Notes under the pieces: generated by a model
The model's input: only the letters and a program-made list of their open reading frames with translations
Told to the model about the DNA's origin: nothing
Database searches by the model: none
Source of the DNA: an uncultured Alphaproteobacteria bacterium
GTDB lineage: Bacteria > Pseudomonadota > Alphaproteobacteria > Micavibrionales > CSBR16-224
Direction: 5' to 3'
Length of the DNA stretch: 64,000 nucleotides
Assembly (NCBI GenBank): GCA_950054485.1
Contig: CATLPD010000001.1
Location: 716,121-780,120, forward strand
Translations under genes and position numbers: made by a program
Part shown: piece after piece, positions 19,060-28,435 of the stretch
Layout of the letters: each line of letters starts with the position of its first letter
Numbering within the stretch: the stretch's first letter is position 1

Positions 19060-19287
19060 ATGCGCATACTGGCCACAGATATAGACAGAAGATTTTCAAA
19101 TGGCTTTACCGCCATTTCCGCCGAGGGTGCTGATTTTGCGCCTTCAACCATGATTTTTGCATCTAACCAAGCTGGGGTTTCAGGGATTTTCTCTGATGTG
19201 GCATCAAACGGTATGGATCAAATTATCAAATCCGACCACCGTTATGTTTCGGGGAAAAAACATACACGGGCTTTTCCTTTATCCTAA
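19060..19287 (+). CDS. Small hypothetical protein
   Basis: 75-aa ORF preceded by AAAGGA. Confidence 0.5.
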   Translation: MRILATDIDRRFSNGFTAISAEGADFAPSTMIFASNQAGVSGIFSDVASNGMDQIIKSDHRYVSGKKHTRAFPLS

Positions 19288-19318
19288 AACACGTTTCAAA
19301 ACCGTGGTAAGGTAAATC

Positions 19319-19594
19319 ATGAAAAGTGAAATCATACTTTCAGATCAGGGGGACGTTTTGTTTGTGCAAAACGCCCCTTTTGATCATATCGTCGTACGTG
19401 CCGAATTTTACGTTGAAAGCGGCTTTCTTATTCTTGTCTATGAAAACGAGGATAGCCGCATGGTGGAATATCAATTTCAGGATAAATCGGTTATAGACGC
19501 GATTGTATATGCCCCCACAATTATACTGACCCATGTTGAAAACAGCGAGTTGCAGGACGGGTTTGAAGTGCCCCTGATTGCCATCCAGCCATAA
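19319..19594 (+). CDS. Small acidic hypothetical protein
   Basis: 91-aa ORF with SD TAAGG. Confidence 0.65.
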   Translation: MKSEIILSDQGDVLFVQNAPFDHIVVRAEFYVESGFLILVYENEDSRMVEYQFQDKSVIDAIVYAPTIILTHVENSELQDGFEVPLIAIQP

Positions 19595-19670
19595 TCTTCA
19601 AAGTTTATTAAGTTTTTGACTATATCCTTGTGATATCACGCCCGCTTCAGGGCATTCGGGGATTTTTTTT

Positions 19671-20543
19671 ATGGATATTTGGACGCAGATACAGTTTTTA
19701 ACCGTACCGAAATGGCTGCGCAATCTGGTTGTGATTTTAACCGTATTGCTGGTGGGAATATGCGCTTATATGTTCTATTACGCGCTGTCAAACAGCGATG
19801 ATGGCCTGAACTGGATGGAGGCCGGCGCCTATCTGACGGGTATTGTCTTTCCGGTTACATTGATCATTATTTTTGTGGCAGGTGTTCAAACGGGTGTTGA
19901 ATCAATCCAAAAGAAAATCGATGTTTTTCTGACACAGACTATGCCGGATATTTTAAAGCACATTCCGGAACAGCAGGCGGGTTTTATCGAATATGATCCG
20001 GATGGGGCGCTGGAAAGCCTGCCGGCCCAGCAAGAAGCCAAAATTCTGATATCGCATGTCGAAAGCCACTGTTATGCTGACTACCAGATTATTTTTAAAC
20101 ATCCGGACGGTTCAATCCTGAACCTGCCCATTCGTCCTGAAATCAATGTTAAACGCGTTAATTTGTGTATCTATATTGATCCGGACCGTGTGGTCGAGCT
20201 GGCAGGTTTGAAAAAATCGGACCCTGATTTTGTTCAAAATATGACGCATTGGCTCTATAAGAAATTTGAAGGCACGATCTTTGGCGCGCAGGTCGATATG
20301 GTATCGCGTAAAAAGAACATAGAGAAAAACGAAAGCCAGACCAAAGTTGAGGAAGGCTATAAATTCAATTCAACCCTGTTAAAACGCATCGTCGATGGCA
20401 AGGAATATTACGCGATTGTCGCATCTACCCGTATATCCGAAGATATGCTGTGGCATTCGGCCGAAACACTGTATTTCACACAGGATCTGATGTTTATGCT
20501 GCGCGCCATTGCCTATGAAGCGCCCGAAGTCTTTCAGGTATAA
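19671..20543 (+). CDS. Hypothetical protein with two N-terminal TM helices
   Basis: 290-aa ORF, 2 hydrophobic segments then a soluble domain. Confidence 0.75.
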   Translation: MDIWTQIQFLTVPKWLRNLVVILTVLLVGICAYMFYYALSNSDDGLNWMEAGAYLTGIVFPVTLIIIFVAGVQTGVESIQKKIDVFLTQTMPDILKHIPEQQAGFIEYDPDGALESLPAQQEAKILISHVESHCYADYQIIFKHPDGSILNLPIRPEINVKRVNLCIYIDPDRVVELAGLKKSDPDFVQNMTHWLYKKFEGTIFGAQVDMVSRKKNIEKNESQTKVEEGYKFNSTLLKRIVDGKEYYAIVASTRISEDMLWHSAETLYFTQDLMFMLRAIAYEAPEVFQV

Positions 20544-20611
20544 ATTTTTATTCTTAATTTGAACTTTCTGTTTCACAATCCGTATGATTTTTGTGAAAGG
20601 AGACATCACAC

Positions 20612-21037
20612 ATGATTAAATATGGTACAGCAGAATGGACCGGCAGCCTAAAAGACGGCACGGGTCTGATTTCAACGGAAAGCGGTGCGGTTGATAAAAT
20701 CCAGTACGGCTTTAAAAAAAGGTTCGAGGGCGAGCCCGGCAGCAACCCAGAAGAGCTGATCGGCGCGGCACATGCATCTTGCTTTGCAATGGCGTTTTCG
20801 AACGAGCTAGGAAAACTGGATGTTACAGCTGATAAAATTGAGGCAAAATCTGAAATTACTCTGGAGAAAAAAGACGACGGCTTTGCGATTACCAAAGCGC
20901 ATCTGACGGTTTCGGCAAGTGCCGAGGGCGCAACAGAAGACGTCATCCGCGAGGCGGCCAATAATGCCAAAACAGGTTGTCCGGTTTCCAAACTTTTAAA
21001 CGCAGAAATTACAATGGATTTAACAATTAAATCATAA
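20612..21037 (+). CDS. osmC: OsmC-family peroxiredoxin
   Basis: W.G.LKDG.G, NPEELIGAAHASCF, GCPVSK. Confidence 0.95.
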   Translation: MIKYGTAEWTGSLKDGTGLISTESGAVDKIQYGFKKRFEGEPGSNPEELIGAAHASCFAMAFSNELGKLDVTADKIEAKSEITLEKKDDGFAITKAHLTVSASAEGATEDVIREAANNAKTGCPVSKLLNAEITMDLTIKS

Positions 21038-21047
21038 GGATCAAACA

Positions 21048-21881
21048 ATGAAATCTGAAATTTATAATAATGTGAAAATGCCGAAATTGGGTCTTGGAAC
21101 ATGGCAATTAAAAGATAGTGCCTGTCAGGACATGGTTTTATACGCGCTGGAAAATACAGTCTGTCGTCATATTGACACGGCACAGGCTTACGGCAACGAA
21201 GCGCAGGTCGGCGCTGCGATCGAAAAATCGTCTGTTGCGCGCGATGATATATTTTTAACAACCAAAGTCTGGATGGAAAATTTCAAGGCCGATGATGTGA
21301 TCCCGTCCATTGAAAAAAGCCTTGAGAAACTAAAGACAGATTATTGCGATTTGATATTGGTGCATTGGCCCGATAAGGATATTCCGTTTGATGAAACGCT
21401 GGGCGCGCTGAAAAAAGCGCAAGAACAGGGTAAGACACGCCTGATCGGTATCAGCAATTATACAACCGATCAGGTTGAAAAAGTGCGCGGCGATCTGGGC
21501 TATGATGTTGCAGTTAACCAATGCGAATATCATCCGTTTCTGGATCAATCGGTCTTGATTGATCAGGCCCGCAAACACGGTATGATCTTTACAGCCTATA
21601 GCCCGATTGCACAGGGTAAGGTGATGTCGGATGAAACTTTGAAAAAGATTGCCGAAGAACATAATAAGACACCCGTACAGGTGACATTGCGCTGGCTCTA
21701 TCAGCAAGAGCGCGTTGTCGCTATTCCAAGATCATCCAGCAAAGGCCATATCACAGATAATTTTGACATCTTTGATTTTGAATTATCCCAAGGTGAAATG
21801 GATCGTATTTTTGATTTGGGTAAAAAGGAAATGCGCATTGTTGATCCTGATTTTGCCCCTGAATGGGATGTTGCCGCGTAA
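21048..21881 (+). CDS. Aldo/keto reductase
   Basis: GLGTW, IDTAQAYGNE, TTKVW, LVHWP, IGISNY, AYSPI, IPRSS. Confidence 0.95.
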   Translation: MKSEIYNNVKMPKLGLGTWQLKDSACQDMVLYALENTVCRHIDTAQAYGNEAQVGAAIEKSSVARDDIFLTTKVWMENFKADDVIPSIEKSLEKLKTDYCDLILVHWPDKDIPFDETLGALKKAQEQGKTRLIGISNYTTDQVEKVRGDLGYDVAVNQCEYHPFLDQSVLIDQARKHGMIFTAYSPIAQGKVMSDETLKKIAEEHNKTPVQVTLRWLYQQERVVAIPRSSSKGHITDNFDIFDFELSQGEMDRIFDLGKKEMRIVDPDFAPEWDVAA

Positions 21882-21889
21882 CGCCGGTG

Positions 21890-22585
21890 ATGCTTTATCT
21901 GATTATTGCCGTTGTCTCGGGCGCCCTGTTGATCGGGGCGCTTTGGGGTATTTACGGGCCGCTCAGTAAACAGGCCGAAGGTTTTATGGTCGCCCTGGCC
22001 GGCGGCGCCCTGATCATTGCCGTTGTGATCGAAATGATTGAACCCGCAATTGAAAAGACAACTCTGATACAGGCTTCGGTATATATCATGCTGGGGGCAG
22101 GAGCATTCAGTTTTCTCGATTATTTAATAGACGAAAAATGGGGCGCGCACAGCGGCGGGGGACTTTTGGCGGCTATTACCATGGATGGTGTCCCTGAAAA
22201 TCTGGCACTGGGTGTCGGTTTGATCGGGGCAAGTATAACGGACGTCAGCGCCTTGGCGGCTGCTATTTTCTTATCGAATTTACCTGAAGCTATGGGCGGT
22301 GCCAGCGAAATGAAAAAAAGCGGACTCAGCACCAAGAAAACGCTGGGGCTTTGGGTTGGGTGTGCGCTTTTACTTTCGGCGGCGGCCATTATCGGAAATC
22401 AGTTCTTTATAGATGCGGCGCCAAGTGTTCTGGCGCATATCAATTGCTTTGCTGCGGGGGCTGTTGTGGCATCGCTGGCGCTGGAGGTTTTTCCGACGGC
22501 TTTTAAAGATGATCGTCACTGGGCTGGGGTGGCGGTCGCGATTGGATTTATTGCGGCCTATGGCATTTCGACAATCGGGGCCTAG
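21890..22585 (+). CDS. ZIP-family metal transporter
   Basis: Multiple TMs; DGVPENLALG and SNLPEAMG signature helices. Confidence 0.85.
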   Translation: MLYLIIAVVSGALLIGALWGIYGPLSKQAEGFMVALAGGALIIAVVIEMIEPAIEKTTLIQASVYIMLGAGAFSFLDYLIDEKWGAHSGGGLLAAITMDGVPENLALGVGLIGASITDVSALAAAIFLSNLPEAMGGASEMKKSGLSTKKTLGLWVGCALLLSAAAIIGNQFFIDAAPSVLAHINCFAAGAVVASLALEVFPTAFKDDRHWAGVAVAIGFIAAYGISTIGA

Positions 22586-23112
22586 TCGTCTTGTTCCAGA
22601 TTGGGGTTAAATGCGTCGATCGTTGCCATCGCAATATTCTTCAGGATCAAAATTACCGAAATCATATGACCGGCCAAAAGGCCATTCCAGACCGTAATGG
22701 CATAGAAAAAATAGATAATATAATCATTATTGATTTTATCGAGTTCTTGAATCGGAAAGCTAATGAAGAATAATAGCGCCACACCCCCGATAAAGGAAAT
22801 CACACATAAAAGCGCAATTGCTTTCAGATTTGTATAGGTTGCATCTTCAAAATCTTCTTCACTACTATAGGCAAGACTGAGGATCGTAATCATCAGGGCC
22901 AAAATGGTCGCCGATGACGTCATGATGGCTGCGCCATAATATAAACTTGAAGATTGCAGTGTGTTGATAATATCGCGTGCCTGACCCTCTTCAATACCGT
23001 CATACAGTCCACCGGTCGCGAATATAATTAAAGCGGCAAGCAAGAATGCAATCCCCCATGAAAAGAGGATATGGTGGCGCATCGTTTTATTTTTCAGTGT
23101 TGATAAAATCAT
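22582..23112 (-). CDS. Hypothetical membrane protein
   Basis: 176-aa ORF with 4 TMs; SATILALMITILSL. Confidence 0.75.
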   Translation of the reverse strand: MILSTLKNKTMRHHILFSWGIAFLLAALIIFATGGLYDGIEEGQARDIINTLQSSSLYYGAAIMTSSATILALMITILSLAYSSEEDFEDATYTNLKAIALLCVISFIGGVALLFFISFPIQELDKINNDYIIYFFYAITVWNGLLAGHMISVILILKNIAMATIDAFNPNLEQDD

Positions 23113-23121
23113 CCTGCTTTA

Positions 23122-24219
23122 TCATACGTTTATCGACCAGATCAGTTCAGATTTACCAAGACCTAGGGGCAGGGGCGTAATATCGCCGACAGGTGTTTTG
23201 ATCTTCGAAACTGTCTGCTGTGTGCGTGACAGGGTGAAAGTTTCCTTTGAAACGGGAAGGTCATAAAATTCCGCGCCGTTCAGGCATAAAAATGCCTCGA
23301 ATATTTTTTGATTTGCCTGAATGTTTAAATCAAGGCCCGATTGCTCGAAGGCCTCGGCATAAAGCTGTGGGGCAATCCCGCCTGTAAAGCAGCCCGCTGC
23401 ACATCCGCATTCTGTTGCTTTGGTGGTATGGGGCGCATTATCCGTTCCGGCAAAAAATTGCGCGTTATTTGATGCGGTCACGGCATCACGCAGGGCCTGA
23501 CGGTCGCTTTCGAATTTTAAAAGCGGTAAACAATATAGGTGATATTTTAGCCCCCTCACCAGATGGCCGATTGTATACAGCAAATGCTGCGGCGTGACGC
23601 TGGCGGCAATATTTTTGCCGCGTGCTTTAACAAACTCGACGGCTGTCTTGGTCGTCACATGTTCGGCAACAATTTTTAAATCGGGATAATTGTCTGCGAT
23701 GCGGGGGGCATATTCGCGATAAAAGATATCCTCCGCATTTGTTTTGTCAGACAGATAATCTTCGTCACTTATATTATGTTCCTCCCCATGTAGGCAGAGG
23801 ACGATACCATGATCCTGCATTGCTTTGAATATATCGGTCTTTAAAACCTCTGTAATCGGCGTGCCGAAATCAGCGCCTGTCGTGCCATGCGGCGGATAAT
23901 ATTTTACCGCCTTTAACGATCCCGATTTCGCGCCCTGTTCAATCATCTCGGCAGTGGTATCACGTGTCAAATACAGCGGCACGATCACATGATCAAATTT
24001 ATCACCGCCGTTTTCGCGGATCATATCCAGATATTCTGCGATTGACCAATAGGGCAGGGGATCATCTTTATGAATTTTGGCGACAGGTGGTTTGGTATTC
24101 GGCATCGCCAGCGCGCCCGCGCATCCCATATCCAGTTGCGATTGAATAACGGGTGCCAGTAATTCATCCTGACGTAGATGTGTGTGCAAATCGTACCATT
24201 TCGGGAGCGTGAATTTCAT
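23122..24219 (-). CDS. pyrC: Dihydroorotase
   Basis: DLHTHLR, AMPNTKPP, KYYP..GTT, LHGE, EHVTT, TPQHL, GTDNAPH, CAAGCF. Confidence 0.92.
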   Translation of the reverse strand: MKFTLPKWYDLHTHLRQDELLAPVIQSQLDMGCAGALAMPNTKPPVAKIHKDDPLPYWSIAEYLDMIRENGGDKFDHVIVPLYLTRDTTAEMIEQGAKSGSLKAVKYYPPHGTTGADFGTPITEVLKTDIFKAMQDHGIVLCLHGEEHNISDEDYLSDKTNAEDIFYREYAPRIADNYPDLKIVAEHVTTKTAVEFVKARGKNIAASVTPQHLLYTIGHLVRGLKYHLYCLPLLKFESDRQALRDAVTASNNAQFFAGTDNAPHTTKATECGCAAGCFTGGIAPQLYAEAFEQSGLDLNIQANQKIFEAFLCLNGAEFYDLPVSKETFTLSRTQQTVSKIKTPVGDITPLPLGLGKSELIWSINV

Positions 24220-24269
24220 GCCCCAGTCTAACAGATGCAATTTTTTTTCGCGATAACATTCATCGCATA

Positions 24270-24298
24270 TTGAAAAAGAACAAAACGTGAACTATAAT
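24270..24298 (+). promoter_or_regulatory. sigma70 promoter with alphaproteobacterial LexA (SOS) box in the spacer
   Basis: TTGAAA(24270)-17 nt-TATAAT(24293); GAAC-AAAACGT-GAAC (GAAC-N7-GAAC) at 24278-24292. Confidence 0.85.
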
Positions 24299-24305
24299 TA
24301 TTCCG

Positions 24306-25559
24306 ATGCAGGATAAAATAAAAACAAAACTAGAAATCTTGGCAGACGCGGCGAAATACGATGCATCCTGTGCATCGGGTACGGCCGGTAAGCGTTCAGC
24401 AAAAAAGGGCGAACAGGGGATCGGCTCCCTGACGGGTGGCACAGGCATTTGCCACAGCTTTACGCCCGATGGCCGATGTGTTTCATTGTTGAAAATCCTG
24501 ATGACGAATTACTGTATTTACGATTGTCATTATTGTATCAACCGGGCCTCCAGCAACGTGCGCCGCGCGCGTTTTACGGTTCAGGAAGTCGTTGACCTGA
24601 CGCTCAATTTTTATAAACGCAATTATATTGAGGGGCTTTTTCTCAGCTCCGGCATTATCAAGTCACCTGATTACACCATGGAATCGATGGTGCGAATTGC
24701 AAAATCTTTGCGCGAAGATCATCATTTCAAAGGCTATATCCACCTGAAGACCATCCCGAATGCCTCACCCGAATTGCAGGAGGAGGCAGGCCTTTACGCC
24801 GATCGCCTCAGCATCAATGTCGAAATGCCGACGGAAAAGGGGCTGAACACCTATGCGCCCGAAAAAAAGCTGAATGAAATTACCGGCGCGATGGGCAAGC
24901 TGGATCATAAAATCACCGAACATAAACAATCGAAATCATACAGCGGCAAACGCCCGCCGCGTTTTGCACCGGGGGGGCAATCGACACAGATGATTGTCGG
25001 GGCCGATGATACGGATGATAAAATCATTCTGGGCTCCAGCGTTTCGCTGTATGACACATATAAATTGCGGCGGGTTTATTATTCGGCCTTCAGCCCGATT
25101 CCGGATGCCAGTATTATTTTGCCGCTGAAACCCGCACCGCTGGTGCGCGAACACAGATTATATCAGGCCGACTGGCTGCTGCGCTTTTATAATTTCAACC
25201 TCGATGAAATTTTGCAGGGCACGATTGATAATATGCTTGATCTTGATTTTGACCCCAAGATGGCATGGGCATTGCGTAACCGTCACGAATTTCCAGTGAA
25301 TCTGAATACGGCCGATAAACATATGATATTGCGCGTGCCGGGCATCGGGGTGCAGACCGCCAATAAGATTATATCAATCCGGCGCTATAGGACATTGCGC
25401 TGGGAAGACCTTGCGAAAATGCGCCTGCCGCTGGATAAGCTGAAACCCTTTATATGTGTTCTGGATTATCGTCCGCCGCCGCATTTGCTCGATTCAAATC
25501 ACCTCTCGCAATTGATGCGCCCGTCACAGCAACTGGAATTATTCGGGGCGGCGACATGA
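24306..25559 (+). CDS. Putative DNA modification/repair radical SAM protein (TIGR03916-like)
   Basis: KLEILADAAKYDASCAS, CxxxCxxC (CIYDCHYC), REHRLYQADWL, HhH RVPGIG. Confidence 0.93.
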   Translation: MQDKIKTKLEILADAAKYDASCASGTAGKRSAKKGEQGIGSLTGGTGICHSFTPDGRCVSLLKILMTNYCIYDCHYCINRASSNVRRARFTVQEVVDLTLNFYKRNYIEGLFLSSGIIKSPDYTMESMVRIAKSLREDHHFKGYIHLKTIPNASPELQEEAGLYADRLSINVEMPTEKGLNTYAPEKKLNEITGAMGKLDHKITEHKQSKSYSGKRPPRFAPGGQSTQMIVGADDTDDKIILGSSVSLYDTYKLRRVYYSAFSPIPDASIILPLKPAPLVREHRLYQADWLLRFYNFNLDEILQGTIDNMLDLDFDPKMAWALRNRHEFPVNLNTADKHMILRVPGIGVQTANKIISIRRYRTLRWEDLAKMRLPLDKLKPFICVLDYRPPPHLLDSNHLSQLMRPSQQLELFGAAT

Positions 25560-26347
25560 TCAATATTATGATCGATACATGCCCCGGTTTTGATCAGTGG
25601 CGTGATGCTGCGCGGCGCTGTATATTAAATGATATTCCGCCCGATCAAATTCTCTGGAAAACGCCCGATCAGGCGCAGGATAGTCTTTTCACGGCAGCGG
25701 ATGAATTGCCACCTGACACACCGGATGAATTCAGCGTGTCCAAGGATTTCATAGATTTGGCCGAAACAGTGATGTGCCATTCGGATAATGCGCGCTTTGA
25801 TATTTTATACAGGTTGTTGTGGCGTATACGTCATGACAATAAAAACCTGCTGAAAATCAAAACGGACAGTGATGTCATGGCGGCAACCAAAATGGTCAAA
25901 GCGGTGCGGCGCGATGCATATAAGATCACTGCCTTTTTGCGCTTTCGCGAGATCGAACTGGATGGCCGCGAACACTATATCGCCTGGTACGAGCCCGACC
26001 ACTATATATTGCAGCGCGCGATCGGGTTTTTCAAAACGCGGTTCAGAAATATGAATTGGTCGATTTTGACGCCTTATTTATCGGCGCATTGGAACGGGCA
26101 GAGCGTTTATTTTGACAGCACGCCCGATAAATCGCTATTGCCTGAACAGGATGATTTCGAAGATTACTGGCTGACCTATTACGCCAGCATTTTTAACCCC
26201 GCGCGCCCCAAGAAAAAGGCGATGCTGACTCAAATGCCGAAAAAATACTGGAAAAATATGCCCGAAACGCGCCTGATCCCCGATCTGCTGAAAACTGCCG
26301 AAGCGCGGACGAAGGAGATGATTAAAAAGTCAGGTGGTGGTGTCTAG
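25556..26347 (+). CDS. TIGR03915/DUF4130-family putative DNA repair protein
   Basis: ATGA overlap with rSAM gene; WRDAAR, LYRLLWR, AFLRFRE, W.EP.H, YYASIFNPAR, MPKKYWKNMPE. Confidence 0.9.
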   Translation: MINIMIDTCPGFDQWRDAARRCILNDIPPDQILWKTPDQAQDSLFTAADELPPDTPDEFSVSKDFIDLAETVMCHSDNARFDILYRLLWRIRHDNKNLLKIKTDSDVMAATKMVKAVRRDAYKITAFLRFREIELDGREHYIAWYEPDHYILQRAIGFFKTRFRNMNWSILTPYLSAHWNGQSVYFDSTPDKSLLPEQDDFEDYWLTYYASIFNPARPKKKAMLTQMPKKYWKNMPETRLIPDLLKTAEARTKEMIKKSGGGV

Positions 26348-26352
26348 GTGAA

Positions 26353-26370
26353 AAAATGGAGCGGTGAAGG
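26353..26370 (-). repeat. att site (duplicate of tRNA-Gly 3' end, 1-nt deletion)
   Basis: AAAATGGAGCGG-TGAAGG vs AAAATGGAGCGGGTGAAGG at 35777-35795. Confidence 0.88.
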
Positions 26371-26433
26371 TCTCGAATTTTATTTTCCATGCCCTTGAAT
26401 TTATTTGATATTAACTGTTTCAAACTTTATTGG

Positions 26434-26453
26434 TGCCCCCATATGTGCCCCCA
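26434..26453 (+). repeat. Integrase arm-type sites (distal end)
   Basis: TGCCCCCA x2 with 12-bp period; same arrangement at 35649-35668 and an inverted copy at 35617-35624. Confidence 0.75.
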
Positions 26454-26466
26454 AGTGGTAAGAATT

Positions 26467-26958
26467 TTATTCATTGGTGGCTTTTTTCATTAAAGTGCAA
26501 AACCAGATTACCAATAAAATTAATACACTTCTAGCCTCTAAAGACTTTACTTTTTTAGGGTCTTTACCTGTTATTTTTGCTGCGCTTTCGTAAGACTTGT
26601 GAAAAATTTCTCTGTCTTTGGTGGATAAAGACTTTAATAAGTTGTTGTACTCTCCAGCGGTAACTTTAAAAGCCCTGTTATGAGCCACGTTATTCCTAAT
26701 GCTTTGCAATGTTTTGGCGAGGCTTAAGATCCGACTGCCTAAGGGACTGAGGTAACAACGGACTAAAGCTAATTTTTGCTCAAAGTTTAATCTTGCGATA
26801 TTGTTCCTGCTTAGGAGCTCCCCATCAATGTTTGGAACGCAAGTTCTTAAAACCTCCTCAATAGCTTCTTCAATAATTAAAAAGCTTTCAATTATCAATT
26901 GTCTATCATCTAGGTCTTTTAGGTAATCATTTATTTCTATGCTATCTAAAATTTTCAT
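26467..26958 (-). CDS. HEPN-like protein
   Basis: Helical protein with IRNNVAH (RNxxxH) motif and N-terminal IIEE. Confidence 0.6.
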   Translation of the reverse strand: MKILDSIEINDYLKDLDDRQLIIESFLIIEEAIEEVLRTCVPNIDGELLSRNNIARLNFEQKLALVRCYLSPLGSRILSLAKTLQSIRNNVAHNRAFKVTAGEYNNLLKSLSTKDREIFHKSYESAAKITGKDPKKVKSLEARSVLILLVIWFCTLMKKATNE

Positions 26959-26983
26959 CACCAAAGCGTTAAATTAATTATCA

Positions 26984-27691
26984 TTAATCATTATAGTGAG
27001 ATTGTATAAAATTGTTAACTAAAGTGTCGAGCTTTTCAAAGAACGCTATCAATTTGTTAAATAGGAGGTCAATGAAAGCTGGTTTTATTGATATGTAATC
27101 AAAATACGTGCCTAAAGTATCTGTCTGCTCTACAAATCTTCTTAATTTATTGTTTTCTTCTGTGGGAATACGCCCACCGCTATGAACTAGAGAGTTTCTT
27201 AGCTTATTTAAATGTCTAATAAAGCTCCATTCATCAGATATTTCATTAACTGGTATTTTAGCGACTTTTGACAAAAATGTTCCCGCGCGTGTAATGCCTG
27301 TGTCTGATAGGTCCTTTAATTTCACACTGCTATCAATGCAATTTTCTAAGATCCAACATAACTCATTTAATTTGTTTTCTAAAAAGCTGTATACAGCCAT
27401 CACAAATGCGTTTCTATGAACATTTGGATATTTGATTTGGTTTTCATGTAAACTGAGACTGTAGTTCTCTATAATATCATCATGCTCTGGCTCAGGTGCT
27501 TGTTCTAAAATTTTATCGATTTTATTTTGCAACTCTTCGTCTTTTTTTCTCCAGAAATTTTCTATTTCATTGTGATAATATTTCAATTCCCTAAGCTCAT
27601 TTGCGGCATGATGGCAATGCCCACACAATCCGTTACCGAAAAAATCTATCTCTGTCACAGTTGCTCCTTTAACCTTAAAAATTTTCGTCAA
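26984..27691 (-). CDS. HEPN-like protein
   Basis: YSFLE..L..LC helix and LRNSLVH..G (RNxxxH) motif; TTG start. Confidence 0.65.
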   Translation of the reverse strand: MTKIFKVKGATVTEIDFFGNGLCGHCHHAANELRELKYYHNEIENFWRKKDEELQNKIDKILEQAPEPEHDDIIENYSLSLHENQIKYPNVHRNAFVMAVYSFLENKLNELCWILENCIDSSVKLKDLSDTGITRAGTFLSKVAKIPVNEISDEWSFIRHLNKLRNSLVHSGGRIPTEENNKLRRFVEQTDTLGTYFDYISIKPAFIDLLFNKLIAFFEKLDTLVNNFIQSHYND

Positions 27692-27898
27692 ATTAAACTT
27701 AGCCGCTTTAAAAGCGGAGGGGGGGGACCCCCAAAGTCGTAATAATATTTCTTAATAAACTACCCTTTCAATGTAGTTTAATTTTTGAAATCAAGTATCC
27801 AGTAATGTCCAACTATGCTTTCGTTAATAATTGTGTTAATAAAAATAAGTTATAAAGATGCCTTATAAAATATAATTTTTGTGAGGACTAGGATAAAG

Positions 27899-28435
27899 AT
27901 GTCATCAAAAATATTAGATATAGAAAGTCATATTGCGGAAATAATAGCATCAGAAAAAGAAGTTCTGGGCCAGCCAGCGTGGCAAAAGGTTTCTAGTAAG
28001 CAAGATTCTTGGCAATTAAAAGCTTCAGTAAGGGCGAAAATAGAGACAGATTTTAAGCTTTCAATTGTATTGGACACCAATGTTAAATGCCCTTTCCAGC
28101 GTGGGTCAATTATTTTGACTTGCAGTTCAGCACCTATTGAGAGGATGGAGCACTGCAACAGGCGTCAGCACGTAAATAAGCTTGATAAAGCAGTTCCAAA
28201 ACATTTAAGAGGGCTTGATATACCACCTGATATATGCCGATATTATTCGTGGGATAATAATAGAAGATATAAATGGCCTAATGCCTCTAGACCACTAAAT
28301 TTACCTGTAAGTGAGCCGATAAGTGAGCTAAACACAAAATTATTTTTTGATAGCGTTAAATATTTCTTAAAAAGAACTAATTTAAAATTAGAAGTACCTG
28401 ATTTACACTATGATGCGAGGTTGGGTCTACAATGA
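27899..28435 (+). CDS. Hypothetical protein (DUF6978-like)
   Basis: IERME..H.N motif, FLKRTNL C-terminus, ATGA overlap with the next gene. Confidence 0.6.
   Translation: MSSKILDIESHIAEIIASEKEVLGQPAWQKVSSKQDSWQLKASVRAKIETDFKLSIVLDTNVKCPFQRGSIILTCSSAPIERMEHCNRRQHVNKLDKAVPKHLRGLDIPPDICRYYSWDNNRRYKWPNASRPLNLPVSEPISELNTKLFFDSVKYFLKRTNLKLEVPDLHYDARLGLQ

Noticed and set aside
26353-26370. 1-nt deletion in the distal att copy as evidence that the island is immobilised
   Set aside because: Small deletions in displaced tRNA 3' fragments are common for this integrase class; not informative alone
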